From Gammaproteobacteria bacterium (GTDB taxonomy: Bacteria > Pseudomonadota > Gammaproteobacteria > Eutrophobiales > Eutrophobiaceae): a stretch of DNA of 64,000 nucleotides. A program made the position numbers and the translations under genes. Shown here piece after piece: positions 31,553-41,621 of this stretch. The notes below the pieces were generated by a model. That model made no database searches. It had not been told where the DNA came from and saw nothing but the letters and a program-made list of their open reading frames with translations. The stretch spans positions 1-64,000 of the forward strand of contig CAXMWX010000005.1 in the NCBI GenBank assembly GCA_963422205.2, written 5' to 3'. The number at the start of each line of letters is the position of its first letter. Within the stretch, counting starts at the first letter, position 1.

Positions 31553-32919
31553 ACAAGCACCAGGCAACACACAGCGGTCACGACCAGCGCCAGCAGAATA
31601 TTCAACACCATACCCTCGCGCATCATTTCCTCGATCGTGACCCTGCCCGTGCCAAATGCGATGGCGTTCGGCACCGTGGCGACCGGCAGCATAAAGGCAC
31701 AGGAGGCTGACATGGCCGCCGGTATCATCATCAACTCCAGCGGTACGCCAGCGGCAAGGGCAGAGGCGGCCAGTATCGGCATCAATAATGTGGTGGTTGC
31801 CGTATTCGATGTGATCTCGGTCAGAAAACCCACACTCAAGGCAATGCTTAAAATCAGCAACGGGGCGGGCAAGTCTGCCAGGATGGTCAACTGCTGGCCG
31901 ATCAACCCGGCCAGGCCGCTGCTCATAAATGCCCTGGCGATGGTAATGCCGCTGGCAAACAGCAGTAACATGCCCCAGGGTATGTCGGCGACGGTCTCCC
32001 AATCCAGCAGCCCACCACCTTTGCCCGATGGCACCAGAAACATCACCACCACAGCCGCCAGCGCCACCGTTGAATCGCCGACACCGGACAAGCCCAGCAA
32101 ACCAGACCAGCCGCCAAGCGGTTCTGAGCGCGTGATCCACAAGCCAACAGTGATGGCAAACACCCCCAGGACACGCACCTCATCCGTGCGCCAGGCACCA
32201 ATCGCCGGGAGGCTGGCCTGAACTGTGCCGGTCACGTTCCGAGTCAACCACAGGGCCATGAGGGGCAGGCCAATGACCACGACCGGCAAGCCGGTTTGCA
32301 TCCAGCGCAGAAAACCAAACTCCCGCTGGGTGAACTCCTGATAGATACCAGCAAAAATCACATTCGGGGGCGTGCCGATCAAGGTGGCAATGCCGCCATA
32401 AGAGGCACCATAAGCGATGCCCAGCACAACGGCGATTGCCAGCTTTTTATCAGTATTCATGCTAAGCACACCAAGCGCAATGGGGATCAGCATCAAGGTG
32501 GTCGCCGTATTACTGATCCACATTGACAAAAATGCCGCCGTTAGCATAAATGCCAGCACGATACGCCGCCCGCCCGTGCCAACCCGATGTAATATCATCA
32601 GGGAAAACCGCCGATGCAGATCGCATTTCTCCAGCGCCCTGGCCAGCATGAACCCACCCATCAGCAGCAAAATGACATGATTGCCCAACCCCAGTGCGGC
32701 CTGTTGATGCGTCAGCACACCGCACAGGGGAAAGGCAAAAAAAGGCAGCAGCGATGTCGCCGGGATGGGCAGGGCTTCGGTTACCCACCAGCCTGCCGTG
32801 AGCAGGGTAATGGCGAAGGTGGCGGCGATTTTATGCTCAATACCGTGGCTTTTAAGCAGGTAATAGCTGAACAATGCCACCAGAGGTGCCGTCAGCAATG
32901 CCAGTTTTTTAATCTGCAT
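31549..32919 (-). CDS. SLC13/DASS family anion:sodium symporter
   Basis: WWVTEALPIPATSL, SMWISNTAT, GTPPN, TEITSNTAT and AFMLPVATVPNA motifs. Confidence 0.92.
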   Translation of the reverse strand: MQIKKLALLTAPLVALFSYYLLKSHGIEHKIAATFAITLLTAGWWVTEALPIPATSLLPFFAFPLCGVLTHQQAALGLGNHVILLLMGGFMLARALEKCDLHRRFSLMILHRVGTGGRRIVLAFMLTAAFLSMWISNTATTLMLIPIALGVLSMNTDKKLAIAVVLGIAYGASYGGIATLIGTPPNVIFAGIYQEFTQREFGFLRWMQTGLPVVVIGLPLMALWLTRNVTGTVQASLPAIGAWRTDEVRVLGVFAITVGLWITRSEPLGGWSGLLGLSGVGDSTVALAAVVVMFLVPSGKGGGLLDWETVADIPWGMLLLFASGITIARAFMSSGLAGLIGQQLTILADLPAPLLILSIALSVGFLTEITSNTATTTLLMPILAASALAAGVPLELMMIPAAMSASCAFMLPVATVPNAIAFGTGRVTIEEMMREGMVLNILLALVVTAVCCLVLV

Positions 32920-33126
32920 CTTCGCATTGTACCCATGCCAGCCCGTTATGCTACAAGCGAGCAAAACTGAATGAGGAGGCAGTAAGGCACGGCGCAGTTG
33001 CAATGAGATGCTGTCGGGCGGTGATCGGGCAAGTCCCGGCATCACAGCGGTTGAGCAAATCCGCGGCAGAGATAAGGGGCCGCTTCCTCTTGGTATGGTT
33101 AGCCGGTTTACCCGCTTCAAGCGATC

Positions 33127-34554
33127 CTAAAAGACCTTGGGCATGTCTGGCGTGCGTCCGGCAAAAAAGTCTTCTATGGTGTAGATTTGCACAACAGGTG
33201 CATTCATAAAGTATCCTGTACTTGCCGCCGCATCGTACATCCTGGGCGTGACCTTATCCGCAAAACAGATAAATATCCCCATATCAGCCCCGATCTCCTG
33301 CCGTGCGCCGTTAAATGCCTGCACATCACCCGGCCCGGTGCCGCCAGCTTTGACCTGAGATACGATATCGACAAACTGCCCTTTGCGAATCGGCAACCGA
33401 CCGCGCCCATCAATCCCGCGATCGCCGCGCTGCCGCTTATTGGCCTCCATGCCATCGACCAGAGAGGCAGCCCAGCGTTCAAACCGGAAGGCATCCAATT
33501 CAGCGAGGGTCTTCGCATCATCGCTGGTCTTGGGCATGCCGATAAACTGCACATCATCCCACAGGCTGTCGAAGTGATTTTTCAGGCGCTTTTCGATGAC
33601 CCGGCAAGCATTCACGCACACATCGATGCCGATCCAGCGCCGTTTATGCAACTGCGCGGCGTGAACCGTGGTGCCACATCCACAGAAGGGATCAAGCACC
33701 ACATCGCCAGGATTGGAACTGGCCCTGATAATGCGATCCAGTAAGGCCAGCGGCTTTTGGGTGGGGTAGCCCAGGCGCTCTTTGGCTGCCTGATTGATGA
33801 TGTTGATATCTGACCACCAATCTTCAAATATCACACCTTTTTTCTCGTCAAGATAATCGCGCACCGTCAGCTCAGGTCTTTCCACTTCCCAGTTGACATC
33901 AACGTCTTTCGCTGATCTTATAGGGCTGCCCGTAATACCTCGTCCCTGTAAACGGTATCAACGTCCCTTCTCGTCGACCAACCGGTACTTTGCTATCGTA
34001 ACTGCCGATAGCTGGCGCATCACATCATCCCGGTTAAAGCGGTAATGCTCGCCCTTGGAGTAAAAGAATATCGTATCGTGTTTTTTGCCGAAATGGCGTT
34101 TCGGCTGCGGCCTTGTTTTGTAACACCATACAAGCTCATTGTGAAAGTTATCACGCCCGAATATTCCATCCATCACAATCTTAAGATAATGGCTCATGGT
34201 CGGATCAGAGTGCAGGTAAATACAACCGGTGTCCTTGAGTACGCGGCGGCATTCCCGCAGCCGGTTCGCCATGTAGGACAGATAGGCGAGATTAGCGCCC
34301 TCGCCCAGGATCTTACGCAGCCCTTCCATGGTGGCCGAGAGGCCAACATCGGCGGCCACCTGGTGAAAATCGGAGACGGCCTCAGCCCACCGCCAGGTAT
34401 CATCAAAGGCGACCCACTGTGCATCGCCGATAAAGGCGTTGTACAATCGCTTTGAATTAAACGGCGGATCCAGATAGATCAGATCAACACTGGCATCCTG
34501 AATGTCCTCGCGCATGACCTCAAGGCAATCACCAAAGTACAGCGTGTTGATCAT
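33127..34554 (-). pseudogene. N4/N6 site-specific DNA methyltransferase fused to an Mrr-like C-terminal domain, interrupted by a single in-frame TGA (33958-33960)
   Basis: DLIYLDPPFNS in the 5' part; GYPTQKP, VLDPFCGCGTT and DRGIDG...SQVK in the 3' part. Both ORFs share one frame and the intervening 72 bp are open: ...EKGR*YRLQGRG... Confidence 0.85.
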
Positions 34555-34576
34555 GGCCGCAGCACCCTGCCCGGTG

Positions 34577-35167
34577 CTACTGTCTGATCCCCTCGATAAA
34601 CAGATCAAGGTCCATCGATTCGGATCTGGGGCCAAGGTTGTAGGTCATGCCAAAATCCGCCCGTTTTATCCGGGTATGCCCCTTAAACCCCGCCCGATAC
34701 CCTCCCCAGGGATCATCGCCTTCGCCGATGTATTCCATATCAATGACGATGGGCCTGGTCACCCCGTGCAATGTCAGATCACCGTGCAGCTTGCCGCCGC
34801 TGGCATCGCCATCGTATCGCGTACTCTTGAATGTCGCCGTCGGGTATTTTTGTACATCCAGAAAATCCGCTTCCCGCAGGTGTTTGTCACGTTCGGCATG
34901 ATTGCTGTCGATACTGGCAGTCTGTACAGTGACCTCCACAGCAGAGGCCGAGGGATTATTTTTATCCCAGGTGAAGCTGCCATCGAATTCGTTAAAACGT
35001 CCCACCATAATGCTGTACCCCAGGTGGTAGATGCGAAACTGGATAAACGCGTGCATGCCGGGAATATCAATGCTGTATTGTGCCGCATGATTGGCTCTCG
35101 GCAGGCTTAACATCACGGGTAACAACAAGACAGCCAGGGCATAGGCCCTGCAAGATCGGGTAGACAT
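34577..35167 (-). CDS. yceI: YceI family protein
   Basis: HAFIQFRI.HLGYS..GRF, SIDSNHAERDKHLR, GDLTLHGVT and DPWGGYRAGF motifs. Confidence 0.9.
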   Translation of the reverse strand: MSTRSCRAYALAVLLLPVMLSLPRANHAAQYSIDIPGMHAFIQFRIYHLGYSIMVGRFNEFDGSFTWDKNNPSASAVEVTVQTASIDSNHAERDKHLREADFLDVQKYPTATFKSTRYDGDASGGKLHGDLTLHGVTRPIVIDMEYIGEGDDPWGGYRAGFKGHTRIKRADFGMTYNLGPRSESMDLDLFIEGIRQ

Positions 35168-35384
35168 GGTACTCCTCCTCAGATCATTCATCATGTAAAC
35201 GCTAATTGTGCATAACTATGACCCGGTGATCAATACGCATCGGGCAAACAACACGTCTTGTGTGCCAATTCAACGATATTTTTCGGGATATTTTGCGGCC
35301 AGGGAAAGTCCACCCGGAAGCTACGCTGTGGCTGATCGCAACCCGGATCACAGCAAAGCGGCAACATACAACGCTTGCAACGGC

Positions 35385-35732
35385 CTAGCCAGAGGCACTC
35401 AGAATCTCATCCAGCTCGGATTTCGCCGCTATCATGGTCTGGTTGATTTTTTCAATCTGCTCCGGGAGGCGGTCTAGCTCCCACCGGGCCTTGCTGTTTT
35501 TTTCAATCCGCAGCAGGTCTTGTTCAAGACAGGTCAATCCTGCATAAAAAATAATTGGCCTCAGCTTGTGAACCAGCCTGGATAACGCATCCCAATCCTT
35601 ATCTGCCACAGCCTCGCTCAACTCTGTGGTTGCCCTGTCAATGCGGCTGCTGCCCATACTGACCAACTCCACCAGCATCTCATCATCACCGCAGCTGTTT
35701 GCTTTGAGTTTCTCTCTATCAATTAATGCCAT
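35385..35732 (-). CDS. Stand-alone Hpt phosphotransfer domain protein
   Basis: GDDEML.ELV...LVHKLRP helical bundle with the conserved His. Confidence 0.7.
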   Translation of the reverse strand: MALIDREKLKANSCGDDEMLVELVSMGSSRIDRATTELSEAVADKDWDALSRLVHKLRPIIFYAGLTCLEQDLLRIEKNSKARWELDRLPEQIEKINQTMIAAKSELDEILSASG

Positions 35733-35740
35733 GGTATCCT

Positions 35741-36130
35741 CTACTGCAATACAGCATGCAGTTTTTTCAACAACGCATCTCGGGTAAACGGTTTCAACAA
35801 CACATCGTCAATACCTGCGGAAATTAATTCTGCCCGTTCCAGCGCATCGGCGGTCAAGGCGATGACCGGCATGTCGCGCTTCGGGCGGGTAAAATCCTGT
35901 CTCAGTCGGCTTACCAACTCATAACCATCCATGATCGGCATGTTCAGATCGGTGAGCAGCAGATGCACATCGTTTGCCTGTAGCACATCAAGCGCCTGCT
36001 GACCATTATTCGCGGTAAAGAGGGTAAATTCGGCGATCTTTTGCAGACATTTCCGGGCAATAAAAATGTGCATGTCCTCATCATCAACAATCAATAACGA
36101 TTTGTGAGCAAACTGAACCTGCTGTTGCAT
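35741..36130 (-). CDS. Single-domain response regulator
   Basis: LIVDD, LTDLNMPIMDG, IALTA and LLKP motifs. Confidence 0.92.
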   Translation of the reverse strand: MQQQVQFAHKSLLIVDDEDMHIFIARKCLQKIAEFTLFTANNGQQALDVLQANDVHLLLTDLNMPIMDGYELVSRLRQDFTRPKRDMPVIALTADALERAELISAGIDDVLLKPFTRDALLKKLHAVLQ

Positions 36131-36339
36131 AACTATCTGCCTGTACCGATCATAGCGACATGACGACCATGCCCTTTGTCTGTAAAGCTCTATGAACGCA
36201 ATTATACATCAAGCGCCCGTCAGGTTAAGCACGGCTTGCCGGTTACAGGCAACATGACAATGCCACAGAGCGACTTGCCCCGTGCGGTGTTCTCCTGAAC
36301 GTTGGGCGGGTTTATCGTAGCAGGGATGATACCGCTTGG

Positions 36340-37632
36340 CTAATTTTGTGACACGGCAGCAAGGGCGGCGATAAATTCCGGGATGTTCTGATAACGATCG
36401 GTGGGAGATTTCTCCAGCAGCTTCTCAACCAGCGGCTGAAATGTTGCCAGCTCGGTCGGTAAAGGCGGCGGCTTGTCATAGGCATGTTGACAGGCCACCT
36501 CAATAATTGAATCGCCGGAAAACGGCTTGCGACCCGTGAGCAACTCATAGAACAAAATGCCAAGGCTGTAGATATCGGTACGCCGATCAATCTGTGCCCC
36601 CTTTATCTGCTCCGGACTCATGTAAAACGGCGTACCCAGCACCTCGCCCCTGGCGGTCATCACTTCCTGGCAGGTCAAATCCTTGGCGATCCCCAGATCG
36701 GCAATCACCAGATCATCATCTTCTTTGAACAGAATATTATTCGGCTTGACATCCCGGTGTACCACATTCAACTCATGCAGAGCAGACAAGCCCCTGGCGA
36801 GGCTTAGGGTATAATTGACCGCAGATTCTGGCAGCAGATGATCGCGCTTGATTTTGCCGGCGAGATCGCCGTTGGACAAATATTCCATGGAGTAATAAGC
36901 GTACTCTTCAGTAAAACCATAATCCATGGTCTTGATGATATTCGGATGGTGCAGGTTTGACAGTATGGTAAATTCGCGCATAAAACGCTTCACCAGCACA
37001 GGCTGGGTGACATCCCGGACATCCAGCACCTTCAACACCACCTGCTGCTGATCTTTTTCCCGCTCGGCAAGCAAGGTGGTAGACCAACTGCCAGAGGCAA
37101 TCTCGCGGATGCAGAAATACCCGGGAATATGCCAGCGGTTGACATATTTTTTTACGCCATAGCCGGTGATGTCGATCAACTCGGTCTCATTCTCACCCAG
37201 CTGGAGCTCCTCTTCATCCTTCCGCTGTTGCTGCAAACTCTCCAGCATCGCCCGGTGAGTGAGTATATCGGTGACCCGCTCATACAATAGCTCACTCGCC
37301 AGATCATACTTGATGAGATAGCTGTCAGCACCGAGCTTGATCGCCTTCACGGCGACTTTCTCATCCCCCTCGCCGGTGACGATCACCACCGAGGCACTGG
37401 ACTGCCTGGCCTTTATCATCTTGAGCCAATCCAGGCCATTCTCGGTCTGAAAACCAAGATCATAATCCAGAAATATCATATCGTAATCTGACCAGGAAAA
37501 ATCATCGTCCGGCTTGCCACGTCTGTGCGGATCATAGGTTTCTATGTCAGCATGAGGCCATCTGTGTGCTATGGCTTTTTTGAAATAATTGCGGAAACTT
37601 CTCGAATCGTCTATGACCAGGAATTTTGGCAT
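36340..37632 (-). CDS. Receiver domain-Ser/Thr (Hanks-type) protein kinase hybrid
   Basis: N-terminal LVIDD...FLDYDLG; kinase VVLK, HRDVKPNN, ADLG, GTPFYMSPE and DIYSLG motifs. Confidence 0.92.
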   Translation of the reverse strand: MPKFLVIDDSRSFRNYFKKAIAHRWPHADIETYDPHRRGKPDDDFSWSDYDMIFLDYDLGFQTENGLDWLKMIKARQSSASVVIVTGEGDEKVAVKAIKLGADSYLIKYDLASELLYERVTDILTHRAMLESLQQQRKDEEELQLGENETELIDITGYGVKKYVNRWHIPGYFCIREIASGSWSTTLLAEREKDQQQVVLKVLDVRDVTQPVLVKRFMREFTILSNLHHPNIIKTMDYGFTEEYAYYSMEYLSNGDLAGKIKRDHLLPESAVNYTLSLARGLSALHELNVVHRDVKPNNILFKEDDDLVIADLGIAKDLTCQEVMTARGEVLGTPFYMSPEQIKGAQIDRRTDIYSLGILFYELLTGRKPFSGDSIIEVACQHAYDKPPPLPTELATFQPLVEKLLEKSPTDRYQNIPEFIAALAAVSQN

Positions 37633-37660
37633 GGTGCAGCTATCGCGCTATCTGATGAGT

Positions 37661-38140
37661 CTATTCTGTCAGCAATGAATTAAAAATTTTTTGTAAATCA
37701 ACAATCGGGGTTGGTCCGTGCTCGGGGTGCTGAAAACAGGATGCAGCAATCAGTGGCCAATCATCCCATCCAGCCGGGTAATCACAACATGAACCATCGG
37801 TGACAGTCGCCCGATAGGGCAATGCACTTAACACGAGCGCACCATAGCCCACCTTATCGGCATACGCTGCACTGTGATAAGCAACGATGCAGATAAAATA
37901 ACGCGGCAGGGATTGCACCTGGCGGGCAGACTCAGCTGAACAGATCACATTATAGATATCAAAAACCGGCACAACTCGGCCATGCCATAGCAAAATACGG
38001 TGACAGTAGGCCGGCGTGTGAGGTACTCGATGCAGCTTGATCCATTCGGTGATTATGTGCAGCATGTCGAACTCACCGATAGCAACATGCACTGATTCAG
38101 CTATCGGCAACACCCAAGCATTGGTCACTGTCTTACCCAT
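37661..38140 (-). CDS. CheW-like protein (divergent)
   Basis: VPHTPAYC..ILLWHGRVVPVFD; downstream of the CheA hybrid. Confidence 0.75.
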   Translation of the reverse strand: MGKTVTNAWVLPIAESVHVAIGEFDMLHIITEWIKLHRVPHTPAYCHRILLWHGRVVPVFDIYNVICSAESARQVQSLPRYFICIVAYHSAAYADKVGYGALVLSALPYRATVTDGSCCDYPAGWDDWPLIAASCFQHPEHGPTPIVDLQKIFNSLLTE

Positions 38141-38146
38141 ACATCA

Positions 38147-38632
38147 TCACCTGTGCGCTTCGGCCAAATTGCTGGACATGTAATCTCCCTTGCCACTGTG
38201 TGCAATCAGCCGATATAAGGCCCGAACACTGATCAGGCTGTAGATACGCTCCTTGTGTATGCCGATATGGCTGACTGGACAGGTGCCTGCCTGCATACAC
38301 ACCGGCAGTTCAACCAGTTCAACCTGATCTTTATCCAGGCGGTTTATGGCATCACAGGCCAGGGCAAAGACCACCTCATCAACACAGATACACAGACACA
38401 TTTTCCTTGAGACTGGCATGGCACGGATCAGTTGCAAATCAGCATCAAAATTAAACACGCTGAATGCGCGGCCAGCATGTACGACCGCCCCGACGGACAG
38501 GCTATTGGCATCATCTGCCATCATGTCCGTGATGGATTCTATGGCACTCACCTGTGCTTGCGGGATGAGCAATTTTGTTTTTTCTATCTCAAGCTGCAAG
38601 AGTTCGCTGGTATCGGCAACCGGAGCAGGCAT
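38147..38632 (-). CDS. CheW-like protein (ChpC-like, divergent)
   Basis: LLIPQAQVSAIE, VGAV..GRAFSVF and FALACD motifs. Confidence 0.65.
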   Translation of the reverse strand: MPAPVADTSELLQLEIEKTKLLIPQAQVSAIESITDMMADDANSLSVGAVVHAGRAFSVFNFDADLQLIRAMPVSRKMCLCICVDEVVFALACDAINRLDKDQVELVELPVCMQAGTCPVSHIGIHKERIYSLISVRALYRLIAHSGKGDYMSSNLAEAHR

Positions 38633-38641
38633 TATCGTTGA

Positions 38642-41566
38642 CTACGGCGAACAGATGGATTGAATTTTCTCCATCAGCTCATCTTCAGAATAAGGCTTGA
38701 TCAGATACGCATCAACACCCGCCGTCATGGCCTCCTGCTGATGCCGGGCGGCGGCCCTGGAAGTAATCATGATGCAGGGGATATCCGAGATACTGCCATC
38801 AGCACGTATATGTCCTATCAGCTCCAGCCCGGTCATCCTCGGCATTTCCAAATCAGACAGCACGATATCCGGCTTGCTGACTTTTATTATCTTGAACGCT
38901 TCCACCCCATCACGCGCCATACGCACAGTGTAACCGGCATCTTGCATAAACTGCGCCAGCGAACGTCTGGCACTGAGCGAGTCATCCACGATAAGCGCCG
39001 AGGGTAAATTCGAACGGGGTGCTTCGGTTCTTTGATATCTGCTTGCCGCCTTCCCCGCCGTGGTCGTAACCCGCACCAGTTCAGGTAAATCAACCACCGG
39101 GGTAACACTGCCATCCCCTAAAATCGTCACTCCTGACACACCGGTCAACCTCGGCACGTAATGGCCCAGATCCTTAACAACCAGGTCCTGACCGCCGATT
39201 ATCTTCTCCACCATGACGGCATGCCTGCCCTGCTCATTCTCTACCAGCAAAACCGAGCGCGATTCCCGGTCTTCGCTGCGGCGCTCAAAAACCATATTAA
39301 TCATATTTTCAAATTGATGTGCCGGGTAGCTATGCTCACCCAGCTGAAACACCTGCTTGCCGCCATAATCCAGCAGCCGCCCGGATTGATGATGGATGAT
39401 CTGCACGATACCGCGATTGGCAATGGCCACAAGCTGCGGCCCGGCCCTGATCAGCAACACATAGGAAGAGACCAGCGTCTGCGGCAGCTTGATCTCCACA
39501 GTACACCCCTTGCCGGTGTCTGATTCAACGATAAAACTCCCCGACATCTGCACGATGGCGGCATAAACCGCATCCATTCCGATACCCCGGCCGGATATCT
39601 GGGTTATTTTTGCACTGGTGGAAAAATCCGAACGTAAAATCAGTTGCTTCAATTCATCGTCTGAGATCTCATCCTGCGGCTGGTAGATCCCCTGTTCCAT
39701 CGCCTTGCGTTTGATTGCTGCATAATCCAGGCCCTTGCCGTCATCCTGACAACGCACCAGGATCTGATTGCCCTCGCGCATAAACGTCAGATAAATATCA
39801 CCTGTGGCCGGTTTGCCGGCGGCCAGGCGCACAGCACGCTCCTCAATGCCATGATCTATCGCATTGCGTAACAAGTGCATCAATGGATCAAGCAGATTAT
39901 TCAATGTGTTGGTATCTATCAGCGTATCGCCGCCATGCAGATGCAGCCTCACCGCTTTGCCTGTGATCCTGCTGGCCTGCCGGACACTGCGCTGCAAGCG
40001 GGCAAACTGTGAACTCACCGGCACCATCCTGGCGCGCATCACCCCTTCCTGGGTTTCATTATTCAAACGCGCCTGCTCCAGCAACATCTCATCCAGACGC
40101 AACAGATTCTCCGATACGGTTTTCGCCTCTTCATTCGCATCAACCGCGGCTTCAACCAGCCGTCGGCAACACGTATGTAATTCGCTGTACAGATCCATCT
40201 CCAGGCTGTCATAATCACTGTCCAGCGTACCCGCCCGTTGCAGGCCGGTTAAATCCTTGACATCAACAATCTCTTCCAACTGACTGCCTAACTGCCGGAT
40301 CAGCGCAAACTGCCCCTGCATGTTTTTAATCTGTGTTCGGGTGACGTGCACCCGGTCACGCACCTGCCCGGTCATGATGATGGTCTCGCCCACCAGTCTT
40401 AATAAATTATCAACAAACCCGGCCGGAACCCGCATCATGAAACTGCCGGATTCACGCATGTTAATCCCTGGCTTGCCGGTCTCAACAGCACCAGGCTCGC
40501 CCGATTGTCTTCCCTCGGCATCTGACAGTGCTGGCTCTTCTGCCCGGGCCGGCATGAGATCGGCCACCTGTATGCCCTCCTGTTCAATCAGGTTGACCAA
40601 ATCCAGCACCTCCTGCAAAGTCTCACGGGCATCTTGCGGCGGCCTGCCTGTCCCCAGCAGGGTTTCACTCATCGCTGCCAGACAATCAGCGGCATTCATC
40701 AAGGTCTCGGAGATGCGTACTGATGGCAGCCGCTTGTGCTTGCTTAATATAAGCAGCAGGTCTTCCAAGTGGTGGGTCAGGGTGGCGATACCACGCACTC
40801 CCACCGTATTGGCGGCACCCTTTAATGTGTGGGCAACACGCTTTGCGATCTGCACATCCTCAAGAGTACCGCCATCAGTCAGACGACTGATCGCCGCCGA
40901 AAACTCCTCGGTCTGCCCCGGCAACTCTGCTAACAAACCATCGAGTAAATCCTGACTGACATCATCTTGCAGTTGCAGGGAAACATCGGCAGCACGTGCA
41001 CTCCTCTGCCGCTCTGCCATGATCTTTTCAGGCACCGTAAAACCGGATTTAAGGAGCGTGTTTTTCAGCACCCTGGCCTGCTCTGCGGATAATGGCATCG
41101 GCCAGGCACTGTCCTGCATAAAGGACAACAAGCGATTCGTTGCCGCTTCATTCGCTGGATTGCTCAGGCAGGCCAGCAGGGTTTGTGGCCATCTGCCAAG
41201 CAGGGCGAGGGTATTTCCCAGTGCTTCTGGCTGATCCTCTGCCATTGCAAGATCGGCAAGGGTTGAGAGATTGGCCCGGGCAGTATCAACCACCTCGGCC
41301 AGGGCGGTAAAACCAAGGCTGCTCAAGGCATCGGAGTAACGCTGCATTTGTGTGGTTAGACCCGGCACCAGCAACAAGGCGGCATCAATCTCGGCAATGG
41401 CTAATTGCTGTATTGCCTCATGGATGACCCGCAATTCGGCTGCCATGATCTGCACGGCCTCCCGGATCGAGTCCGGCAATTCATCGCTGATCGCCACCTC
41501 AAGTGCAGGCGATGGGGGGGTGCCTTTATCCAGCAGATCATCGGCTTGCTCATCAGAAATCATCAC
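38642..41566 (-). CDS. Hybrid CheA/ChpA-like kinase (Hpt-HATPase-CheW-REC)
   Basis: AHTLKGAA, HLLRNAIDHGIE, DDGKG, SGRGIGMD, GVTILGDG and C-terminal IVDDS...SDLEMPRM motifs. Confidence 0.93.
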   Translation of the reverse strand: MMISDEQADDLLDKGTPPSPALEVAISDELPDSIREAVQIMAAELRVIHEAIQQLAIAEIDAALLLVPGLTTQMQRYSDALSSLGFTALAEVVDTARANLSTLADLAMAEDQPEALGNTLALLGRWPQTLLACLSNPANEAATNRLLSFMQDSAWPMPLSAEQARVLKNTLLKSGFTVPEKIMAERQRSARAADVSLQLQDDVSQDLLDGLLAELPGQTEEFSAAISRLTDGGTLEDVQIAKRVAHTLKGAANTVGVRGIATLTHHLEDLLLILSKHKRLPSVRISETLMNAADCLAAMSETLLGTGRPPQDARETLQEVLDLVNLIEQEGIQVADLMPARAEEPALSDAEGRQSGEPGAVETGKPGINMRESGSFMMRVPAGFVDNLLRLVGETIIMTGQVRDRVHVTRTQIKNMQGQFALIRQLGSQLEEIVDVKDLTGLQRAGTLDSDYDSLEMDLYSELHTCCRRLVEAAVDANEEAKTVSENLLRLDEMLLEQARLNNETQEGVMRARMVPVSSQFARLQRSVRQASRITGKAVRLHLHGGDTLIDTNTLNNLLDPLMHLLRNAIDHGIEERAVRLAAGKPATGDIYLTFMREGNQILVRCQDDGKGLDYAAIKRKAMEQGIYQPQDEISDDELKQLILRSDFSTSAKITQISGRGIGMDAVYAAIVQMSGSFIVESDTGKGCTVEIKLPQTLVSSYVLLIRAGPQLVAIANRGIVQIIHHQSGRLLDYGGKQVFQLGEHSYPAHQFENMINMVFERRSEDRESRSVLLVENEQGRHAVMVEKIIGGQDLVVKDLGHYVPRLTGVSGVTILGDGSVTPVVDLPELVRVTTTAGKAASRYQRTEAPRSNLPSALIVDDSLSARRSLAQFMQDAGYTVRMARDGVEAFKIIKVSKPDIVLSDLEMPRMTGLELIGHIRADGSISDIPCIMITSRAAARHQQEAMTAGVDAYLIKPYSEDELMEKIQSICSP

Positions 41567-41621
41567 GGCGGCACACGTCAGCCGTTGCAGTTATACGGCC
41601 TGGCGGGCAGCATGAGCCGTA

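Noticed and set aside
33958-33960. Selenocysteine recoding of the methylase TGA
   Set aside because: The position is not a catalytic Cys site and no convincing SECIS hairpin follows; CGA>TGA is simpler.
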